Source: Candidatus Heimdallarchaeota archaeon (GTDB taxonomy: Archaea; Asgardarchaeota; Heimdallarchaeia; Heimdallarchaeales; Heimdallarchaeaceae). Taken from it: DNA of 17,492 nucleotides. Numbering within the stretch: the stretch's first letter is position 1; the number at the start of each line of letters is the position of its first letter. The notes under the pieces were generated by a model. The model saw nothing but the letters and a program-made list of their open reading frames with translations. It ran no database searches and was not told the origin of the DNA. The translations under genes and the position numbers were made by a program. The DNA lies in assembly GCA_030668825.1 (NCBI GenBank), contig DAOVET010000049.1, forward strand, positions 1 to 17,492, read 5' to 3'. Shown in pieces: positions 1-8,175 of the stretch.

Positions 1-193
1 ACATGTGAATTCCTCTTTTTGAAGGTAATAAATCGACATAAACATCTATTTTTGCTGATAATTCATTATATTCACCAAAACGTTTCCTACGAATAATTTT
101 TGGAATGTCGCTTACACCTACTCTCCTAATACCTATCTGTATCTTTGATTCATCTGCTTGAACATCTGATAGTTTTTTGCTATTTAGATTCAT
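1..193 (-). CDS. mptA: GTP cyclohydrolase MptA/FolE2 family, N-terminal part (runs off window start)
   Basis: Manual translation from ATG at 193 gives MNLNSKKLSDVQADESKIQIGIRRVGVSDIPK...AKIDVYVDLLPSKRGIHM, matching the FolE2/MptA motifs DVQ, RVGV, VDL and GIHMS. It starts 9 nt after the queE stop. Not in the ORF track. Confidence 0.88.
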   Translation of the reverse strand, partial: MNLNSKKLSDVQADESKIQIGIRRVGVSDIPKIIRRKRFGEYNELSAKIDVYVDLLPSKRGIHM

Positions 194-202
194 CTTTATT
201 CC

Positions 203-1018
203 CTACAAGATTTCTACGGCTTTGTGCATTTGTATTGAAATCCCTATTTTTTCAGGTGAAAGAAATTTCCCAGCAATTTGAGAGAAATCATTCACTTGAT
301 CCCATGTTGGCTGTTCAACCTTAGAATTAGCTATTGGAGTAACAAATTGGATAACAATGGGAAGATCTATGGATCCACACTTCTTTGCAATAATCTCAAA
401 ATTTTCTTTTTTTGAGGCTTTGGTTATTACAGTTTTTGCAAATACTTTAGTTCCTGCATTTTTTAGTATCTTACTCATTTCTACTTCCTGATTTACAAGA
501 TTTTCCCATTCTAAAGCAGCATTCGCTGTTTTATCCTTTATATCTACACATGCAAAATCAATTTTTTCTGATAATTTTTCTAGAAACACAAAATTATCTG
601 TGTATGCTGTTTCTAAATATGTTTTATATCCTGCTTCTTTGAGAAGGCTAGTAATATCTTCAAAAAATGATTCCTGATACAAGGGCTCTCCCCCTGTCAA
701 ACTTACAGAGTGTAAATCCTTAGTAGAAAGCTTCATCACAAAATCTAAAATATCTTCAGGTGTCAAAGGGTTAGCTACTTCTTCAAAGGATTGAGTTCCT
801 GCTTGTGTTTCCACAAGACATTTTGATGGAGTTGTACTCCAAGATTTCGGAGAATCACACCAGATACAACCTTTTGTTCCATGAACACCTAAAGCAAGAG
901 GACATCCTGAGAATCTGATGAAAATCTGCCTTAATCCATAACAACTTCCCTCAACTGCTGCTCCTTCACCTTGGAAACTTGAGAATATTTCCTGTACGTA
1001 ACCCTGTGACATTGACAT
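203..1018 (-). CDS. queE: 7-carboxy-7-deazaguanine synthase, radical SAM (QueE/NrdG family)
   Basis: EIFSSFQGEG, FIRFSGC...CIWCDS, SLTGGEPL, YLET and C-terminal QMHK; adjacent to a GTP cyclohydrolase gene. Confidence 0.88.
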   Translation of the reverse strand: MSMSQGYVQEIFSSFQGEGAAVEGSCYGLRQIFIRFSGCPLALGVHGTKGCIWCDSPKSWSTTPSKCLVETQAGTQSFEEVANPLTPEDILDFVMKLSTKDLHSVSLTGGEPLYQESFFEDITSLLKEAGYKTYLETAYTDNFVFLEKLSEKIDFACVDIKDKTANAALEWENLVNQEVEMSKILKNAGTKVFAKTVITKASKKENFEIIAKKCGSIDLPIVIQFVTPIANSKVEQPTWDQVNDFSQIAGKFLSPEKIGISIQMHKAVEIL

Positions 1019-1091
1019 ATTATTTTCTTAACTCTAAATAAAAATTCCTTATGATGATAGATTCAGTTATACTGTAAAAAAAGAAGGTTTG

Positions 1092-1559
1092 CTATAAATT
1101 GTACTTACCTATCTGATCAAATGTAGCATATTTTTCTACATATTCTCGAACTTTTCTAGCATATTCTTTAGGGTCTCTTTTCATCAGATTGGCAGCTGTT
1201 GAATTTAAAGGATCATCAGGATTTGGATTACTTAAAATGAAACGAATTGATTCTATAACATCAACTAGATTGTTCGCAGGGGTCCAATCTGCTCCTAGAA
1301 CGCCTACACATATTCTTGTATCAAATACATTAGCATGAAAAACCTTTGTTAACATTTTTACCTTTGGAGGTTTAAATGGATATTCTCTAGGAATATCAAT
1401 GTCAAGCACAAAAACGCCATTTTCATATAAACCTGCTCCAAAAATAAAACCCCTCCATTGAAGTGTATTTCCGTCTATTGGTTTGAATGTTGGCAATTCT
1501 TTTTTTAATTCATTGGCTTCGATTGCTATTCTAGGCCAAAATTCTTCTTCTGCTAACAT
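1092..1559 (-). CDS. Ubiquitin-conjugating enzyme E2 (UBC fold)
   Basis: YENGVF, YPFKPPKV, FHANV (HPN-like), ICVGVL with the catalytic Cys, WTPA, PNPDDPLN. Confidence 0.93.
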   Translation of the reverse strand: MLAEEEFWPRIAIEANELKKELPTFKPIDGNTLQWRGFIFGAGLYENGVFVLDIDIPREYPFKPPKVKMLTKVFHANVFDTRICVGVLGADWTPANNLVDVIESIRFILSNPNPDDPLNSTAANLMKRDPKEYARKVREYVEKYATFDQIGKYNL

Positions 1560-1598
1560 TGATTCATATCCAGTATGTTTTTTTAAGGATGGTTGTAA

Positions 1599-1763
1599 TT
1601 AGTATCCTCCTGAACCCTTGTTCTGCATCTCTAGAAGTATCATGAGTATGGCTGCAATTAATCCTTTTTGATCTCCTGCGATTTTCTCAAATTCTTTTCT
1701 TTCTAACATCATTGCCACAGAACGCCATCTAACTAGTAATTCCACGATGTCTCTTTCGCTCAT
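1599..1763 (-). CDS. Small 54-aa hypothetical protein ending GSGGY
   Basis: Manual translation MSERDIVELLVRWRSVAMMLERKEFEKIAGDQKGLIAAILMILLEMQNKGSGGY*. It fills the gap upstream of the E2 on the same strand and has an AT-rich TATA-like segment about 30 nt upstream. Not in the ORF track. Confidence 0.65.
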   Translation of the reverse strand: MSERDIVELLVRWRSVAMMLERKEFEKIAGDQKGLIAAILMILLEMQNKGSGGY

Positions 1764-1915
1764 TAGCCTTCATCTATGAAAAGTTTGCTAGATATATTAA
1801 GATTATGTCTCTCCTAAACGAAATTTGATTTAGCGGATAAAAGGAAGTTAGTTTTTGATTACGCCTAAGCCAAAAATTTTTTTAATTTGACAACTATTAC
1901 TATATGTGAATATGT

Positions 1916-2605
1916 ATGAGTAACCCAGAGGAAATGTTAGTTCAACTAATTAACTCAATCAATAAGCTTTCAACTCTTGTTCAAAATGTAAATGATGCGA
2001 TTTCTAAACTATCTACTCAAATAACACAATTAGAAACAAAGATGACAGGTTTTTCTAATGTTGAAAATCAAGTTACTGAGGTAGGCCTTAAACTTGGTGA
2101 GATTCCTGGAATTAAGGAGATGATCACAAACCTAAACTCTAAGATTGATGGGTTGGGATCTATTGCGGTTGCAGCTCCTGCAAAGTCCAAAGCCAAAGGC
2201 AAGAAAAAGTCTACTCCTTCAGTTGCAGTACCAGCTGAACCAGCTCCTGAAGAATATACTTCTCCAGGTATAGATGAAGAAGATGCTGGAGAAGGGGTAT
2301 CAGCTGAAGCTGATGCAGCTTTTAATGCTATTTCCAAGAAATTCAAACATATAACACAAATGGTTAGCCCCACTAGTAGTTGTGGGAACATATCAAAGAT
2401 GATAGGGGATTTAAGGGATGAGGTCGAGACTCATGTCGGAATGTCACCAATGTTATATGAGCTAAACTCTTGGGTTCAAAGAATTTCAAAAATGCCTGAA
2501 GCAGATGTACTTCTTCCTGAAGTTCATTCTGAGTTAATTGGTAAACTAGATGATTGGTTAACAAGAGTAACCAAAGCAATTCACTTAAAATATCAAGATG
2601 GATAG
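1916..2605 (+). CDS. Hypothetical protein: N-terminal coiled coil, Lys/Ala/Pro then acidic linker, C-terminal helical domain
   Basis: Long ORF with a heptad pattern over about residues 5-80 and a low-complexity linker (AKSKAKGKKK...DEEDAGEG). Confidence 0.75.
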   Translation: MSNPEEMLVQLINSINKLSTLVQNVNDAISKLSTQITQLETKMTGFSNVENQVTEVGLKLGEIPGIKEMITNLNSKIDGLGSIAVAAPAKSKAKGKKKSTPSVAVPAEPAPEEYTSPGIDEEDAGEGVSAEADAAFNAISKKFKHITQMVSPTSSCGNISKMIGDLRDEVETHVGMSPMLYELNSWVQRISKMPEADVLLPEVHSELIGKLDDWLTRVTKAIHLKYQDG

Positions 2606-2688
2606 GCATTCTATTAAAACAGTAATACCCCCGTCCATATTGATATAATACTTATTTTTTAACTTACTAAACCAAATATGTACATGTT

Positions 2689-3336
2689 ATGATGAATCTA
2701 AGTGATATTAAGGGCATCATAGAGATAAATGGTGAGTCTTATGATCCAAAAGAGGTTCTTAGAGCTCTTCTTGAACAAGGTTTGAAAATCCATCCTTTAA
2801 ATGGTTCCTTACTAATTGGACGAACTTTTATTGATCCTTCCCCAAACCTTGAATTTAGGAGCCAATCCTGCCCGATATCTACCCACTGTAAGATTTTTGA
2901 AAAACTAAACTTGTCAAAAAAAGAAATAACAAATTCTTTATTAACATCATATGACATTAATTTAGATTCACAATCACCTAATCTAACTTCTAGTCCATCA
3001 CAATCTCCCCCTAACAGATTTTATACTGATCCTGTTCAGATGGATATTAATAATATGGATATTCAAAGTCTTTTTTCAGAATCATCCATTGGAGAGACAG
3101 TTTTACCATATGATGAACATCAGAATAGTTCATTTCTAAGAACCAGCTTAATCGATAATTTAGAACCTGAACCTGCTGAAATGATGGGAGTGTCTCCTGT
3201 AACAAAATATGGCGAATCGATGAACATAGATGTTTCTCACATCCCATTCGAATACAAAGGAAGATGTCCTTATTGCAAATCTGTTGTTAATATGAAATGG
3301 AAGTTTTGTGGAACTTGTGGCACTCATATGAAATAA
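2689..3336 (+). CDS. Hypothetical protein with C-terminal zinc ribbon
   Basis: C-terminal CPYC-x10-CGTC; Ser/Pro-rich, probably disordered middle region. Confidence 0.75.
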   Translation: MMNLSDIKGIIEINGESYDPKEVLRALLEQGLKIHPLNGSLLIGRTFIDPSPNLEFRSQSCPISTHCKIFEKLNLSKKEITNSLLTSYDINLDSQSPNLTSSPSQSPPNRFYTDPVQMDINNMDIQSLFSESSIGETVLPYDEHQNSSFLRTSLIDNLEPEPAEMMGVSPVTKYGESMNIDVSHIPFEYKGRCPYCKSVVNMKWKFCGTCGTHMK

Positions 3337-3344
3337 ATTAAAGG

Positions 3345-4655
3345 TTAGTCTGAACTCTCTACGTCAACACAACCTTCTGGTGTTATTGCAAATACAGCTT
3401 CTGATTCTGGTAAATATGGTGAGTCATAAATTCTAATAATTCTCTTCTCGCCTTTGGATTTTCTTAAATAGAATCTAGTTATAGCCCAGTGACCAAGGAT
3501 ATTTCCACCAATCGCTTGAGTTGGATCACCAAAAAAGGCTGCGGGATTTGACTGAACCTGGTTTGTGATTGCAATAGCTACATTATAGGTGTCTGCTAAC
3601 CTTCCAAGAATCCCTAAATGATGGTTGATCGTTTGTTGTCTCTCAGCAAGAGTTCCTCTTCCCGCATATTCTGCTCTAAAATGAGCTGTAGCAGAATCAA
3701 GAGCAACAAGCCCATATTCATCTTTGTGGTTATAAAACAATTCAAGTAATCTTTCTGCTAGAGTCATTTGATGATCTGAGTTATACGCTCTTGCGTAAGT
3801 TATGTCCCTAAGAACATCCTCAAAATTCTTCTCCCAACCTAAATCATTTTGTAATTTACCATGAATTGCTTTAATTCTACTAGGAGAAAATGTTCCCTCA
3901 GTATCTATAAATACAGCTTTCTTTCCAACTCCTCCTAATTCTGGTGGAAGTTGAACAGTTACACAAAGCTGGTGACATAATTGTGATTTTCCAGAGCGGA
4001 AAGGTCCAAAAAGTTCTATAGTCTCTCCAAGCCTTACTCCAGCAACATCTAATTCCTCAATAGTGGTTAACGCATCTAATGCTTTAATTCCATAAGAAAA
4101 AGCTGGAGATCCCTTCTGTTTTTCCATTATTTCAAAGGCGTTAATAAACTCAATTCCTCCACGTACCTCAGTAAGAGATTGCTTGTATTTTTTTGCAGCG
4201 CTTTCTGTAATCCCATACTTCTCTTCTAATTCTCTTATAGGAGTTGTTTCAAGAAGATAAACGTTTAATCCCTTCTCTCTTAACATATCTGCAGTAGTTT
4301 TCCCTACCCCTGGTAAATCTTCTAAACCGATTTCTTCTTTGAAAAATCTATACTTTGGTACTATAGAACTTATTTCCAACCTAATTTTCTTCGCAATTGC
4401 TCTTTGAATCCCCATTGTTTGTAATTCAATGAGTCTTGTTGTCATTAATCCCTCAATAGTTGTGATTTCATTCTCTATTAAAATTTCCAGGGTTTTTTTT
4501 CCTAAACCTGGAACATCCTTAAGTTTAAGCTCAACATCTACTTTTTTCTTCTTTGAATTCTCTTGTTCTTCTATCTCAATTAGATGTTCTTCGTATTGTT
4601 CTCCAATTTCCTTTGAATCAGGCTTAGTGGTTTCTTCCTGTGTTTCTTTGCTCAT
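3345..4655 (-). CDS. radA: DNA repair and recombination protein RadA (Rad51 family) with duplicated N-terminal HhH domain
   Basis: Walker A GPFRSGKSQ, FIDTEGTF, ARAYNSDHQ, Walker B VALDS, FRAEYAGRGTLAERQQ, TNQV, GGNILGH and FxxA motif FINA. Start placed at ATG 4655 (MSKETQ) rather than 4712 because a TATA box lies at 4693-4700. Confidence 0.95.
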   Translation of the reverse strand: MSKETQEETTKPDSKEIGEQYEEHLIEIEEQENSKKKKVDVELKLKDVPGLGKKTLEILIENEITTIEGLMTTRLIELQTMGIQRAIAKKIRLEISSIVPKYRFFKEEIGLEDLPGVGKTTADMLREKGLNVYLLETTPIRELEEKYGITESAAKKYKQSLTEVRGGIEFINAFEIMEKQKGSPAFSYGIKALDALTTIEELDVAGVRLGETIELFGPFRSGKSQLCHQLCVTVQLPPELGGVGKKAVFIDTEGTFSPSRIKAIHGKLQNDLGWEKNFEDVLRDITYARAYNSDHQMTLAERLLELFYNHKDEYGLVALDSATAHFRAEYAGRGTLAERQQTINHHLGILGRLADTYNVAIAITNQVQSNPAAFFGDPTQAIGGNILGHWAITRFYLRKSKGEKRIIRIYDSPYLPESEAVFAITPEGCVDVESSD

Positions 4656-4692
4656 ATTATGCACCACTGCTATTACTCCGAAGAGGTTAGAG

Positions 4693-4700
4693 TATTTAAA
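4693..4700 (-). promoter_or_regulatory. Probable TATA box of radA
   Basis: TTTAAATA on the minus strand about 38 nt upstream of ATG 4655. Confidence 0.5.
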
Positions 4701-4758
4701 GATAATACTCATTTTACACTTACTATTCCTTAAATTTAACTTCTTCGAAGGGAGACCG

Positions 4759-4899
4759 TATTTTGAAACACAAATCTTCTCTATCCATCAACAAGAACAC
4801 ACGACTCAAGAAGACAAACTCTTAGAAGACATGATCGCTCTGGTCACCTCTTTTGCAGGAAGGCTACACAGACAACGGAGAGGAAAAGCACCGCCATAA
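4759..4899 (+). pseudogene. tnpA: IS607 tnpA (serine recombinase) C-terminal fragment
   Basis: YFETQIFSIHQQEHTTQEDKLLEDMIALVTSFAGRLHRQRRGKAPP* matches the IS607 TnpA C-terminal helix (E-L-x-EDL-x-x-I-x-TSF-x-GRLY-x-x-R). No start, HTH or catalytic domain upstream. Confidence 0.85.
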
Positions 4900-4917
4900 A
4901 AAAAGGATTTTATCGAG

Positions 4918-4925
4918 TTTAAATA
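4918..4925 (+). promoter_or_regulatory. TATA box of tnpB copy 1
   Basis: AGTTTAAATAGC about 30 nt before the TTG start, conserved in copy 2. Confidence 0.65.
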
Positions 4926-4955
4926 GCATTTTGCGGATATACTTAGTGAGATAAA

Positions 4956-6884
4956 TTGGTCACACAAACAGCAACCAAACTACAAACACTCATTCCCACC
5001 ACTTCAAAGGGAGTAATGAGAAGTTATCAAGTAGTGCTCAAATGCGCTGACCAATCCCAACGAGAAGAGATTAACAAGAGGATTAGAACACTAGAAGAAC
5101 AGCAAGATCAGCTGCTCACTCCTCAAGTAATTAAACAAGCTGTGGAAATGTACAGAACCAATCCCAAAGAAGGATTCTTCACCCGCCAACTCTGCAAAGA
5201 AGTAGGCCAAAGCCCGAATATAGCGGAAAGTGCCTTCCATTGGCTGTACATCGCTATCAAAGGCAAGATAGATAAGGAGAAGAAAGCACAAGGGCTCTTT
5301 AATTTTATGTTGAAGAATCCTCAGCAGCTGATAGAATGGCTGATTTTCGGTCGTTCACCTTATACCGAAAGCAGTTTAGAAAACTTTTGGCGACTAAAAA
5401 GAAGATATATTATTAACCTCCTCACCAGTACTAGATTACAAACCGATTCCTATTGGAGAAAAAAAAATAAAACTATCTATACCTCCGATTTTCTACAATT
5501 GAACGCACTTCTTCCAACGTGTTCGCAACCTGAAGTCCTGCAAGCTCTAGATGATGCACTGTTTTACTACAATCATGAATTTTCGCTCATACCACAACTT
5601 ACTAAGAATCAGAAAGCATTTCTGAAGAAACTCAAACTGTTGAAAAAAGAACAATCAACTGTTGTCCCTTTTCTCACTTCATGGATCAATAGCCCTCAAG
5701 ATTCTCGATGGAAAAGTCTCAAAATATTAGCTGAACAACTAGCTACAATTATAGGTAAACCTTCCCGAAAACTCTTTTCAGCAGTTAGACTGATAGTCGT
5801 TTTCACACTCTTTGATCATTACATGCAGAGTGTCCCTCAGTTAGTCAAGTCTCTTCCTATAGCTAATGTTGTTCCCCCACCATTTAAACGTAAAAAGAAA
5901 GGAAGATTGCCAATCAAACTATTAATGAAAAAAAACTATGTTATCACCCGCCAAGGGAATGCTCAAGAATTGACTGACCAAGTAAAGAAACAAGGATGGA
6001 CTGAACTCGGTTTTCCAAGAAAAGGGAAACAAAGGTTAACTGCTCAGGTTCATTTTCCACCAAAAGTAGTAGAGTATATACAAAATGGTGCCCACATCAA
6101 AGTGTTCCAAGTAAACAGTGGACAAGCGCCTAGTTGCAAACCTCGGGTGGATGTAGTACTAGAAGGAACCCATACTTGTTTCCATTCTTCCACCCTTCTC
6201 CACCGCTATCTTGCTAAGATTCCTGCAAAGAAAACTTCCATCCTTGGAGTAGATATTAACCGACTAGGACAACATATGGTAGTGTTTAACACCTCGGTAG
6301 CTCTCCCTCCAGATTTACTAGATTTAGCTGCACACTATGATCATCTTAGTACAAAAGTCCTAGATGAGCTTAACAGAGGTTTACTCCGTAAACGAAAGGA
6401 GTATGATACTCATGAGTGTTGTAAACTCAAGGGTGAACTCAATCGCGTCTATACTCGTCGTCATCGTATCCTTCGAGAGATTACTCGTCTTCTCCCCCAC
6501 TTTCTAGCGGCTGTTTTGGTGAAAAAACAGACAAAAATACTCAAGATTGAACGCTTAACTGCTGATCCCACTGGCACTAAAGGTGCCTTAGCTAAAGCTA
6601 TTTACACCATGCCTGACAGTTTGTTCATTTACAAAAAAGCTGTGTGGTTAGCTTCTTTGGAGTTAGGCTATGATGTGCAGTTAGAAGCTGTTCGTCCTTA
6701 TCACACCAGCACCATTCATTACGGGTGTGGAGGTGTGCTTGCTCGTCAAAAAGGTCAGTATGATGTTGCTCCTTGTAAGAAATGTGGACAACAGGTCAAC
6801 ACTCACTTCAATGCTGCTCATAACATTGCTTCCCTTCCAGGTACCCTCCTTCCTCCCGATTCCTTCCCCTCACCGCACGTGTAG
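4956..6884 (+). CDS. tnpB: Large TnpB-family RNA-guided protein (642 aa), RuvC D-E-H variant
   Basis: RuvC-I ILGVDIN (D433), RuvC-II KIERL (E532), TS-x-x-HYGC...CKKC zinc finger and RuvC-III NTHFNAAHNI (H617 where Asp is canonical); lies downstream of an IS607 tnpA remnant. Confidence 0.9.
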   Translation: MVTQTATKLQTLIPTTSKGVMRSYQVVLKCADQSQREEINKRIRTLEEQQDQLLTPQVIKQAVEMYRTNPKEGFFTRQLCKEVGQSPNIAESAFHWLYIAIKGKIDKEKKAQGLFNFMLKNPQQLIEWLIFGRSPYTESSLENFWRLKRRYIINLLTSTRLQTDSYWRKKNKTIYTSDFLQLNALLPTCSQPEVLQALDDALFYYNHEFSLIPQLTKNQKAFLKKLKLLKKEQSTVVPFLTSWINSPQDSRWKSLKILAEQLATIIGKPSRKLFSAVRLIVVFTLFDHYMQSVPQLVKSLPIANVVPPPFKRKKKGRLPIKLLMKKNYVITRQGNAQELTDQVKKQGWTELGFPRKGKQRLTAQVHFPPKVVEYIQNGAHIKVFQVNSGQAPSCKPRVDVVLEGTHTCFHSSTLLHRYLAKIPAKKTSILGVDINRLGQHMVVFNTSVALPPDLLDLAAHYDHLSTKVLDELNRGLLRKRKEYDTHECCKLKGELNRVYTRRHRILREITRLLPHFLAAVLVKKQTKILKIERLTADPTGTKGALAKAIYTMPDSLFIYKKAVWLASLELGYDVQLEAVRPYHTSTIHYGCGGVLARQKGQYDVAPCKKCGQQVNTHFNAAHNIASLPGTLLPPDSFPSPHV

Positions 6885-6967
6885 GGGACCCACTCAAACG
6901 ACGGTTAGACGCCTTTTGGCAAGTTTAACCAAGTTTCATAACGTGTGTATTTTGAAAGTAATGAACT
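6865..6967 (+). ncRNA. Predicted omega-RNA (reRNA) 3' scaffold plus guide, copy 1; 5' end unknown and probably inside tnpB
   Basis: Hairpin 6865-6888 with loop CGCAC, hairpin 6903-6930, terminal GTGTG 6943-6947 complementary to the loop; predicted guide starts at 6948 (TATTTTGAAAGTAATGAACT). Confidence 0.75.
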
Positions 6968-7007
6968 GATTAAATGAACTGGTTTTTTATCGAGAAAATT
7001 ACTTTTT

Positions 7008-7517
7008 TTAGAAATCTATCCCTTTTCTTGCTTCAATACCCTTGGTGTAGGGATGTTTAATTTCTTTAACATCAATGATTGTATCAGCTTTTGATTTTAG
7101 TCCTTCTGGAAATTTTCTTCCAGTCAAGATAATCTCATCACTAACATAGGGAAAGATTCCCTTCAATTGATCCCAAGAAATTAATCCAAATGAGAGAGCA
7201 ATTCCTGCTTCATCCAAAAGAAGTATCTCAACTTGAGCTTTCTTTAGTTCTTTTTCTAGAACACTGATACCATTGTTTATCAAAGCTATATATTCATCTT
7301 TTTGATCCTTCGATTGATAAAACCTATCTTTCCCAAACGTAAACCACCTTACATTATCCTTATCCTTAAAAAAATTACATTCTCCACAGTTTTTACCAGT
7401 TTTTAGGAATTGAGCTACTAATATAGATTTTCCTTCTCTTTGCTTTTGAAAAATATGACCTATACCTGTTGTTGTTTTTCCTTTTCCTTCTCCAACTATG
7501 AAGGTAATCTTAACCAT
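7008..7517 (-). CDS. cobO: Cob(I)yrinic acid a,c-diamide adenosyltransferase (CobA/CobO/BtuR)
   Basis: GEGKGKTT P-loop, QFLK, LLDE, LTGR and KHPY...ARKGIDF C-terminus. Start likely ATG 7517 (MVKITF); the ORF track gives 7550. Confidence 0.9.
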   Translation of the reverse strand: MVKITFIVGEGKGKTTTGIGHIFQKQREGKSILVAQFLKTGKNCGECNFFKDKDNVRWFTFGKDRFYQSKDQKDEYIALINNGISVLEKELKKAQVEILLLDEAGIALSFGLISWDQLKGIFPYVSDEIILTGRKFPEGLKSKADTIIDVKEIKHPYTKGIEARKGIDF

Positions 7518-7619
7518 TATCTGAAAAATAGATTTATCTCTTTTAAACATTGACTAAAAGAGTCAGTGTAATCTAAATTAAAACATATTTAGATACACTG
7601 GCTTGGAAAGTTCAAAGAC

Positions 7620-8081
7620 TCAGATTTGTATTTCTTCTTGTTCAAGATTGGTTTCATTGTTTTTACGTTTCTTTTCTTCCTTTTCCCTTATTTGTCTATT
7701 CTTTTCTTCTTCTAAATGTTTTAGCCCTTTGTCTTTCAATTTTCCAACTCCACCACAAACTGGACAAACATCTTTTCTAGCTTCTTTTTTTGGTCCAGCA
7801 TCTACATATCCCGTTCCATAACAATAAGGGCAATTTGTCCCTATAACCTTAGCACCTGATCTTGCATAAATATATGATAATAGTAAAAATAACGCACCTA
7901 ATCCAATAGTGATGAAACCGGCTATTTCTAGTCCTCTTGCATCAATTCCGCTTTCCTCAAAAACAGCAACAGCTTTATCATACATATATAGTCCTACAAT
8001 AAGCAGAATACCACCAAATAGAAAGATGGAATATTGGATAACATAGATTCTTATATTAGAAACTCTTCTTTTCCCTTTCAT
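7620..8081 (-). CDS. Membrane protein with two TM helices and a DnaJ-type zinc finger
   Basis: Two hydrophobic segments, then CPYCYGTG and CPVCGGVG (CxxCxGxG twice) and a charged tail. Confidence 0.75.
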   Translation of the reverse strand: MKGKRRVSNIRIYVIQYSIFLFGGILLIVGLYMYDKAVAVFEESGIDARGLEIAGFITIGLGALFLLLSYIYARSGAKVIGTNCPYCYGTGYVDAGPKKEARKDVCPVCGGVGKLKDKGLKHLEEEKNRQIREKEEKKRKNNETNLEQEEIQI

Positions 8082-8175
8082 TATTGTTTGATTATTTGTT
8101 TAAACGCTGAAAAATTTTGTGCTTATGAAGAGAATGAATAAAGAAGAAATTACCAGAATCTCTATCTGGTTCTTC

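Larger units (their letters stand above)
4759..6947 (+). mobile_element. Left-truncated IS607-family element, copy 1 (tnpA remnant + tnpB + omega-RNA right end)
   Basis: C-terminal fragment of the TnpA serine recombinase followed by tnpB. The right end is set where similarity with copy 2 stops (...CAAGTTTCATAACGTGTG at 6947). Confidence 0.85.

Noticed and set aside
4429-4899. 156-aa + strand ORF as a real gene
   Set aside because: The first ~110 codons are antisense to radA and its promoter; only the last ~46 codons are meaningful, as a tnpA remnant.
6960-6981. AATGAACTG direct repeat just past guide 1 seed
   Set aside because: Only two 9-bp copies in AT-rich DNA with no counterpart at copy 2.
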